Shown piece after piece: positions 55,092 to 64,000 of a stretch of 64,000 nucleotides of DNA. The DNA is from Octopus vulgaris (Eukaryota), in NCBI GenBank assembly GCA_951406725.2, contig OX597815.1, positions 73,222,001 to 73,286,000 of the forward strand, given 5' to 3'. Within the stretch, counting starts at the first letter, position 1. Each line of letters begins with the position of its first letter. A program made the position numbers and the translations under genes. Under the pieces are notes generated by a model. That model searched no databases. It saw only the letters and a program-made list of their open reading frames with translations, and was not told the DNA's origin.

Positions 55092-56646
55092 AGTATATAT
55101 GTGCAATATATGTATTACGCATATATACAATTATACATTTACATACGTACACACAGATAAAGATCCTCATATCTAGTGTAAGTGTATACACGCCCGCGCA
55201 CGTACATATATGAGCATGTATGTATATATATATACACACTCATATACATACATTCAGAGACATCCCCGTATGCAGACATAGATATACGTACATATGTATG
55301 TATATTTGTATATATGCATGTATACATGCATGTATGTATGTAAGTAAGTAAGTATGTATGTATGTATGTATGTATGTATGTATGTATGTATGTATGTATG
55401 TATGTATGTATGTATGTATGTATGTATCCATGTATGTATGCATGCATACTTGTATGTATGTATCTGAACACACACACACACCAAAAAGTTTCTGGAGGTT
55501 ATACGTTTCTATTTAGAAGTGCAGGTAAGAGGTGCGTCGGTGTATATTAAGGTTATATTCCCCAACTCCCCTACTCTTCAGTTTTTATTCTCTTATTCAT
55601 TAATCAATTATTCTCTTCTCTTCCAGACTTTATTGCATCTACCTATTTCCATAACAATATACAATATATCCCAGTGAGTGTATATTTGAATGACAACAAA
55701 CTTAACTGAATATCATTTTCATGTTAATAAACTTCTTCCTTTGTCGGCTGTTTTTACCGTGCGTTTAATTTGTATATTTGTTGGGGTTTGTTTTATTTTT
55801 GGTTGTTTGTTTTCCCAATACTTTTTATTCTATTTCTTCTTTAACCTCCCCCTCTTTACCCATCAAAGCGAACTCCTTTTATTTTTTGATTTTTTGATTG
55901 TTTTTCTTTTTTTTTTCAGGTTTTGTTTCCTAAACAATAATCATTGTTCAGGACGTTTTCAAGGTAAATGAAAGGGTGGAAAAAAAAAAAACATTCACAC
56001 GCACACATACACACACACACACACACACACATTCATACAGACACGTACATTCGCGCATACACACATATATGCTAGATACACATATACACACACATTCATA
56101 CACGGACACCCACACATACATCCACACACACATCCACACACATACACGCACACACACACTCATACACCACATACCCACATATACACTCTTAAGCACATAC
56201 ATACACGCACAGACATGCATCTACACATACACGCACAAATTCATACACCACACATAGACACGCACACAACACACATACAAACACGCACACATACATACAT
56301 ATAGACTTACACACTTATAGACACACACACAAATACACAGATTTACATACGCGAGCATATTCACACTTACAGACACACACAGGACATTCGCCTGCACTTA
56401 CGAGATTTTAGAAACAAACAATACTTTCAACTCTGAAACTCTCAAGTTGTTATTTACCTTGTAACAACTTTTGTTAACAGGCATCGATGAACTCAGCAAT
56501 AGAACCACGTGCTTAGGGCACCAAGAGAAAAGGGTCACTATCTCTGGTGACCCTTTTTCCGGTGCCCTGATTGTCCATAGTTCCAATCATAAATTATAAC
56601 TGCGGTTTTTCGGTTTTCTATTGATGAAAATTTGCATTTTTCTCCT

Positions 56647-56660
56647 GTTGCCATAGTAAC
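56647..56660. promoter_or_regulatory. RFX X-box motif
   Basis: GTTGCCATAGTAAC fits GTNRCC-N2-RGYAAC; octamer ATTTGCAT at 56630-56637 and CCAAT at 56583-56587 are adjacent, in non-repetitive DNA. Confidence 0.55.
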
Positions 56661-57605
56661 ATGTAAATATTTTGCTTGCTGACATTGCATACACCTATTT
56701 AGTGTTCGTGAAGGCAGATGGCTTAGTGTGTTCATTGTGACTGATTATAATGTCGCGGGTTCGATTCCTGTACCGGGCGTTGCGTTGAGCCCTTGAACAA
56801 AACACTTTATTTCGCGTTGCTTCAGGATTCATAGATTTTTTTTTTAATGGCTGGGAATCATTGTCTTATATGTTCTACTGGATCAATGGTGCGAAGGCCA
56901 ATAGGGTGTCTATGTCTGCTTGTGACTACACAGGCCCCAAAAACAATAAGTGAAAGCATGCCACTTTCTCGATCGCGAGTGACGGTTAGCTGTACTAAAA
57001 TATTCGTGTGTTGGCGTATCGCAGGCAACATGGTTAGAATATAAGATTACAGGGTAATGCCGCTAGTAGGAGATGTTAGGAAGGTCAAGGAGGAGGGAGA
57101 AATAAAATAAATTAAAGCTGCTTGACAACTGGAGTTGGTTTGTTTACGTCCCCGTAACTTAGCGGTTCAACAAAAGACACTGGTAGGATGAGTACCAGAG
57201 TGTAAAAAAAAGTACTGGTATTTACACCCAGCGCTACCAGATTCCAAGCAGGGGTATGATAAGAATTTTTCATTAAGATTTGTGAATAAATTATTGAATA
57301 AGGTTAATATTTATAATGAATGTGCCATTTTCGATGGGTGAGCAGCGCAAACCTGGCACACCCCGCTGTGATTAATTTACAGGATCAAACGCTTCAGAGT
57401 AATGCTCCAGCATGGCCGCAGTTCAGTGGCTGAACTACATAAAAAATAAAAGATAAAAGATAAAATCGTTGTAATTTGTACAACTGAAGAGATATTTTCT
57501 GATTAATTTAGAAAGAGAGAGGGACAGGGAGAGAGAAAAGGGTGAAGCAGTGAGGGTGATACAGGGTCTAAGGGAGAAGGGAAGGGAAAAGAGAAAAGGG
57601 TAAAG

Positions 57606-57680
<75 letters not shown>

Positions 57681-58086
57681 GAAGGAGTAGGGAACACAAT
57701 AAATACATAAGAAAACAGACCATATCATTTTCTACTCTATTATGAGAACTTGAGACTTTTAGAAATGAAAAGAAAATTTACGATGTTCAAGTATTTCCCA
57801 AGAGTATTAGTTAATATCAGTTGAAGTAAATAGTCACACTGGGGAATTTAAATCGGTTCACGAACAGGGCTCATCTTACTGGATATTACTGATGTTCTAT
57901 GGTGCTTGCTTGCTCGTAAAATACGTATAAATAATGTTTTATTACATTAACATAATTTATTAATGATTTATTACATAACATAATTAGCAGATCCGCATGA
58001 TACAATATATATGTCTGTGTCTGTGTTTGTGTGTATATATGTATATGCACACAAACACAGACACACACACACACACACACACACAA

Positions 58087-58119
<33 letters not shown>

Positions 58120-58784
58120 TGTATGTATGTATGTATGTATGCATGCATGCATGCATGCATGTATGTATGTATGTATGTATGTATGTATGTATGTATGTAT
58201 GTATGTATGTATGCATGTATATATGTATATATATATGTATATCCGTGAGCAGAATATAACAGATTTAGTTTGTTTATTTTAACGTCATAAATTACTTAAA
58301 CATGACATATTTATACCAGTGAATACTAGCATGATGTACGGCAATTATTACGTAAACGATTGTCTAACCAGATTGAAATACCAGTTCTTCAGAAGAAAAT
58401 CGTAATTCAATCTATTGTTATTTACCATGCTTCAGTTGGTTGACAATGCTAAATAAGAGCAGCTATAAGATCTGGCGTTTTAATGTGATTATGCAATCCT
58501 CTACGTGATCATTACTGTACGTCATACTAGTAGTATTCATCAGTGAAACACGTGTATAGATTGTGTACTTCAGGATGACTAAAAAGACAAACAAAATCTC
58601 CTTTTCTTTTCTTTTTTTCTTTTTTTTTTGCTTTCAGGTATACAAATGTAAAGTATTCAAATTTATATAATACCAAATAAAAATAGGATAAATTATATTT
58701 AATACCGGATTGCAATTTAGATAAACATAAAGTTCTAAGCATTGGTTAACTGTAATGTTATCTCATTTGAAATGACAATTCTTC

Positions 58785-59013
58785 AATACATACATACATA
58801 CATACATACATACATACATACATACATACATACATACATACATACACACATACATACATACATACATACATACACATACATACATACATACATACATACA
58901 TACATACATACATACATACATACATACATACATACATACATACATACATACATTCATACATACATACATACATACATACATACATACATACATGCATGCA
59001 TACATACATACAT
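58785..59013. repeat. (CATA)n microsatellite
   Basis: Directly visible. Confidence 0.97.
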
Positions 59014-59377
59014 TTAAATATATATGAGCATGTCCAGATATATAACTATATGCATGAGAATACACGCATAAAACATGCAAATCTGCACGTACATACATAC
59101 AAAAATACCCTGTTGTTGATGTTGAAATTCCAATGAAGTAACCATAAATCTAGGTTAGAAACCGAATGACATACATACATACATGCATACATACATACAC
59201 ACACACAAGCACACGCATATATACTTGATCAATAGTTCTAGTAGAAGGCTGCATTTGCTTTTGTTTCAAAATATTTTACTGTATTTCGGCCAATATTTTT
59301 TGACACTGCAAGTTAAGCACTTTTTGTATCAACAACTTCATCATGTCAAAGGCAAACTAACTACTTAGTGGTAAGTG

Positions 59378-59419
<42 letters not shown>

Positions 59420-60635
59420 GCGTGAGTGTGTGCGTGCGTGAATGTAGAGTGAGGGGGAGGGAGAGAGTGAGAAAAACATAGTCTTTATAAATATATTCTG
59501 AATTTCGTCTTTGCTTGAATCGATATTTTATCAAAGTCACTTTTTGCGCCGAGAACCAATGCCAAGAAGAAAATCATTTTATTTAGCTTAAACGTTGAAC
59601 TTCAGCTCTCGAGTCAGAACTTAAAGTGTAATCACTTTCATTGCAAATGGTTGCTGCCAAAGTATACCACAATGCATTTGGACCGGAAGTTACGATAAAG
59701 ATTTCATGGTATTCATCGGATCTTTGTTGAACGACGAGAAAATTCGATCGGTAGACCCACAATTTCTTCTATAACTGGATGCGCATCAGTCTGCTCACGC
59801 TCATATATTAGTAAAACCCGACCTCTCAGCATATCGCTGCAGAAAATCATCGACGGAATGTTCCTCGGCGAACCCAGAGCTCACTCGGATCGGATTCTTC
59901 AACAGGCCTGTGACCCTATCAAAGTGTTGAAGACCCAAAGCAATGCAGATAAACAACCAGCTCTGGATGAAGGAATTGGTGAAATTGTTAGAATATCAGA
60001 CCGCGGACGCCTTGTGAAATCAGTTCTGGATATTTGCATTCTGAAGGCAAGATCTGCGATGACGCCTTACCTTCTCTTTAAACAAAATCGATGCCGTGGA
60101 GATGAAAAACTTGTAATTTCCTTTAAAATTTGGTTTTCCTTTTTAAAAAATCGTTGAACCATGGTCCCACGTAATATACAGAACCTCTGGATAGAACGCT
60201 AATACAATGGACCAACTAAGAAGCATATCATCGTTTTTCCTCTAATTTGGTTGAGATCGCTTGTTGATGCGTGGATTGGGTAAAATAACGTCAAAGTAAA
60301 ATGAACGTTCCTTATTTCTTAACACTTTCTATGGTAACCATAGTCACTTTTTTTTTATTGAGTTTGTTCACTGTAAGAAAGAATTCTGGATAAGAACGTG
60401 AAAGGATACTCGAAATGTAGTTCCAGAATCATGAATTTTAACGTAAAATTGGAAGTATTTCAGGTAGGAAAGATAAAGCAAGAGAGAAGCAATAGCAATT
60501 GAAGTTTGAAGCAGGATTATATGGCTTCTAGATGTATTTTGGGGCAATTGAAAAATAGGATTGCGTATGGTCCGAATTAGTTTCGAATTAACCATTGTAG
60601 CTGTTTCAGTATTGCTAGATGACGGGTAATTAATC

Positions 60636-61037
60636 TATTTCTTTACTAACCACAAGGGGACAAACAAGGACAGACAAACGGATTAAGTCGATTACATCGA
60701 CCCCCAGTGTGTAACTGGTACTTAATTTATCGACCCCGAAAGGATGAAAGGCAAAGTCGACCTCAGCGGAATTTGAACTCAGAACGTAGCGGCAGACGAA
60801 ATACCTATTTCTTTACTACCCACAAGGGGATAAACACAGAGAGAACAAACAAGGACAGACAAACGGATTAAGTCAATTATATCGACCACAGTTCGTAACT
60901 GGTACTTAATTTATCGACCCCGAAAGGATGAAAGGCAAAGTCGACCTCGGCGGAATTTGAACTCAGAACGAAGCGGCGGACGAAATACCGCTAAGCATTT
61001 CATCCGGCGTGCTAACGTTTCTGCCAGCTCGCCGCCC
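60636..61037 (-). mobile_element. New-tail SINE B dimer inserted in the Gypsy pol
   Basis: Junction at 60805/6; 16-bp TSD atgacgggtaattaat flanks the whole dimer. Confidence 0.92.
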
Positions 61038-61039
61038 TA

Positions 61040-61345
61040 ATGACGGGTAATTAATGATAGGTGTCATTCTTTCCAGAGGTTTTCTTTTTACTATTTTGTA
61101 TCCTTCATAAGAAGTAGATTTTTGGAAGAACAGGTATTTGCTACTATTCAATAAAAAGTTGAAATTCTGAGCAACCGAAATAAATTGAGTTAAATTTCTA
61201 TCATGTCCCTCGGTAGTTCTGTCAATGGCAATACCATCGTCGAGATAGACGTGATCGCTTTTGATATTATTGTCAGTAATTATATTGTCCATCACTCTTT
61301 AAAAAGCAATTATGACATTAGTTTCACCAAATGGTAACCTTGCAA
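61040..61345 (-). pseudogene. Gypsy reverse transcriptase fragment
   Basis: RLPFGETN...F*RVMDNII...VYLDDGIA...HDRNL...LNSSKYLF...YEGYKI. Confidence 0.85.
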
Positions 61346-61396
61346 ACTAGAGCAAGGCCGTGCAACAGCTTAAAACGAAGTCTCTCTCTTACCACA

Positions 61397-61432
<36 letters not shown>

Positions 61433-62850
61433 ATAGGATTTGATGGATTTCTGCATCAGATCTAGTTCGCTGTAGAAATTACTGGTGGAAATAAAAGACA
61501 AGCTAAATCTTCAATATGAAGAATTAAAGACGTACCTAGAAACCAGTAGCGAATTATCAGCGTTTCTGAATACTCAGTAACCAGGCATCGTTTGCCACTA
61601 TTTCTCGCATTCTACAATTCACGCCTACCATACAGAGACTGGTGGTTCAATAATATTCTATCATTAAGAAGTTCTCAATAATACTCTAATATCAAATTTA
61701 GTCTGTTCTTAAAAAATATTTCGTGAAACGGAGACAATTGGTAAGATTTAGAACCAATCGGTTTCAAATCCTAATATAATTTGCTAAAATACGAAAGGGT
61801 GTATCAACATAAGAACAGATTTCAGCAACTGTATGATTTTTCTGAATTATTCTTCGAGTTCAGTTATAAAACAAAACCTTGTCGTTTAAGAAAGTTATGT
61901 CCAAGAATTATCGATAAACATTTTAAAACATCTTTTCATACAACTAACGCACACACACACAAGTTTAGTTTAGTTTTAGTTTAGTTAATTTTCTTCACCA
62001 TCTCGATGCAGAAAGATAACAAAGCATGCGGTTTAGATTGAGTCACCAGGTGTATTCGAAGATATTGCCGAGATCTTAGGACTAAGATGTTCCTGCAATC
62101 ATCTCCACCTATGAAACTGGTGACAATACACCCCATACGTTGGTTAGCCATAAAGACGCTGATAGCTGGCATTTTGTTTTTTTCTCCAAATCTATTTCCT
62201 TGATGAACCGTCGATGTAGCAAGGATTATATTCTGACATAAATCTTTTTGTCTGGAATGTTCGTGAAAAACGCTCATGCCTTTATGCAGTTGTGGCAAGT
62301 TCCGTGCAGAAATAGAGCAGCCACAAAACGGCCCCGTACAGAAATAGCATCTTCGTCTATAGAAATGTTTTATTCATGAAGGTAGCTATTTGCTCATTGT
62401 AAAGGGAGCTGCACCGAACCCTATTTTTCTACTGTTCCAGACAATCATAGAGCAGTAGTGAGGACTGTTAATCTATTTCATTTCTCTCGGTTGCTTCCAG
62501 AGAATAAGCTTGACTGATTACCTATTGTATATTTAATGAAGTGTTTTCATGGAGTATTAGCTATAAATGACTAGATGAGACAAATGCCTAGATAGTAAAT
62601 GCCTGACTAGAGGGTCATAGAAGCGGCAGAAGGACAATCTGAAAACCGTTTGAAAGTAGTGGCGGTGGTGGTGGTGGTGGGGCATTATGACTCTTTTAGA
62701 AGTAAAAGTCATTGCAACTTGCAGTTCATTTTGGCTCTCCAATTATTGGTGGGTACTCTGAATTACGTCTGATTTCTCCAAATATTTGCATGCCACGTCT
62801 GTACCATTGAAGATACGGGATGAGGAGAAGCAAATCTCGTCAGTATTACC

Positions 62851-63062
62851 TATTTCTTTACTACCCACAAGGGGCTAAACACAGAGAGGACAAACAAACG
62901 GATTAAGTCGATTATATCGACCCCAGTGCGTAACTGGTACTTATTTAATCGACCCCGAAAGGATGAAAGGCAAAGTCGACCTCGGCGGAATTTGAACTCA
63001 GAACGTAACGGCAGACGAAATACGGCTACACTTTTAGCTCGGCGTGCTAACGTTTCTGCCAC
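62851..63062 (-). mobile_element. New-tail SINE B
   Basis: 15-bp TSD ctcgtcagtattacc. Confidence 0.9.
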
Positions 63063-63292
63063 CTCGTCAGTATTACCATGAGTGACATGAATAAAAGCTT
63101 GTACTCCGAGTTACATACGCTCATACGCGCCCCCCCTCCCCCAATGTTTATTTGTCACATCTACGAGTGAAACTGTACATGAAGGATTGGGTCGTGCGGT
63201 ATCAAAAGTCGACAAAGTAAAAAAGAAATAGTCAGCGTAAGGTGACCATTTCGACGGATAAGCATTAGCAAGCTTCCATGCGTGCGTCCACC

Positions 63293-63338
<46 letters not shown>

Positions 63339-64000
63339 CGTGTGTGTGTATGTGTGTGTGTATGTGCGTGTGTGAGTTTAACGTCAATGAAGCAAAATTC
63401 GATGCCGTTATTTATTCTTCGATTTATTATCGGTGTTTAAGTTGGCTTTCACCAATTTTGGCCAATAATGTATAAACAGATATCACACGATGTTTATATA
63501 AAGGTGCCAGACGACAAAATTGTCTAACCAATCTTTCTTTCTTCTATTTTTTTTATTTCTTTCTTCTGTTTTTGGCAATTGTTGTCAAACGAACTAAAGC
63601 AAATGGTGCAAAAACAAAAACGAAACAAAAGGCTTGTAGATTTTAAATTACCTCTTCTTCAGGTCAGTTGTTAACAGCCTAAGGTGGACATTATGTTTCG
63701 TTTTTCTTGTTGTTGTTGTTGTTGTTTTCATTTTACTCAGTTGGTAGTTTTCATTGACATAATCATTTGTTCTCTTTCTTCCGTATAAGGGGGAAGATAT
63801 AGCAATATGTGTTAAGAATCTCGATTTACAACAATGTGGTTTCAAGTTTGGTCCTATAGCAAGACACCTTGAGGAGGTGTCTTTTAATATAACCTTGGGA
63901 TGGTCAACACCTTGTGGATAGACGGTAACTCTGTAGAATCCTGTCGTATACTCTGTATGTGTGTGTGTGTTTGTGTGTGTGTGTATGTGTGTGTTTGTGT

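Larger units (their letters stand above)
59700..62350 (-). mobile_element. Highly decayed Ty3/Gypsy internal region
   Basis: RT core is clear at 61040-61345; TCHNC knuckle-like remnant at ~62285-62300; weak RNase H/integrase-like traces downstream; boundaries uncertain. Confidence 0.45.

Overview
AT-rich, microsatellite-saturated eukaryotic non-coding DNA. The SINE families, (TA)n/(CA)n/(CATA)n load and (TTAGGG)-type repeats suggest an Octopus/coleoid cephalopod genome (inference). No intact host protein-coding gene is recognisable, and almost all listed ORFs are microsatellite artefacts. The window is a mosaic of three tRNA-derived SINE families, decayed mariner, Helitron, RTE, R4/Dong-like and Gypsy elements, and many fold-back MITEs. 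Most notable observations: (1) several Penelope-derived elements in (TA)n tracts carry type-I hammerhead-ribozyme folds with non-canonical cores. (2) One SINE subfamily is joined seven times to exactly the same nucleotide inside the hairpin of its own tRNA-like head, giving tandem arrays (apparent self-homing). (3) ORF1/gag-only (HAL1-like) retroelements occur, one TSD-flanked and one sharing that SINE's 3' tail. (4) A compact RFX X-box/octamer/CCAAT cluster with nearby splice sites lies at about 56.4-56.7 kb. All coordinates were read by eye and may be off by a few bases.
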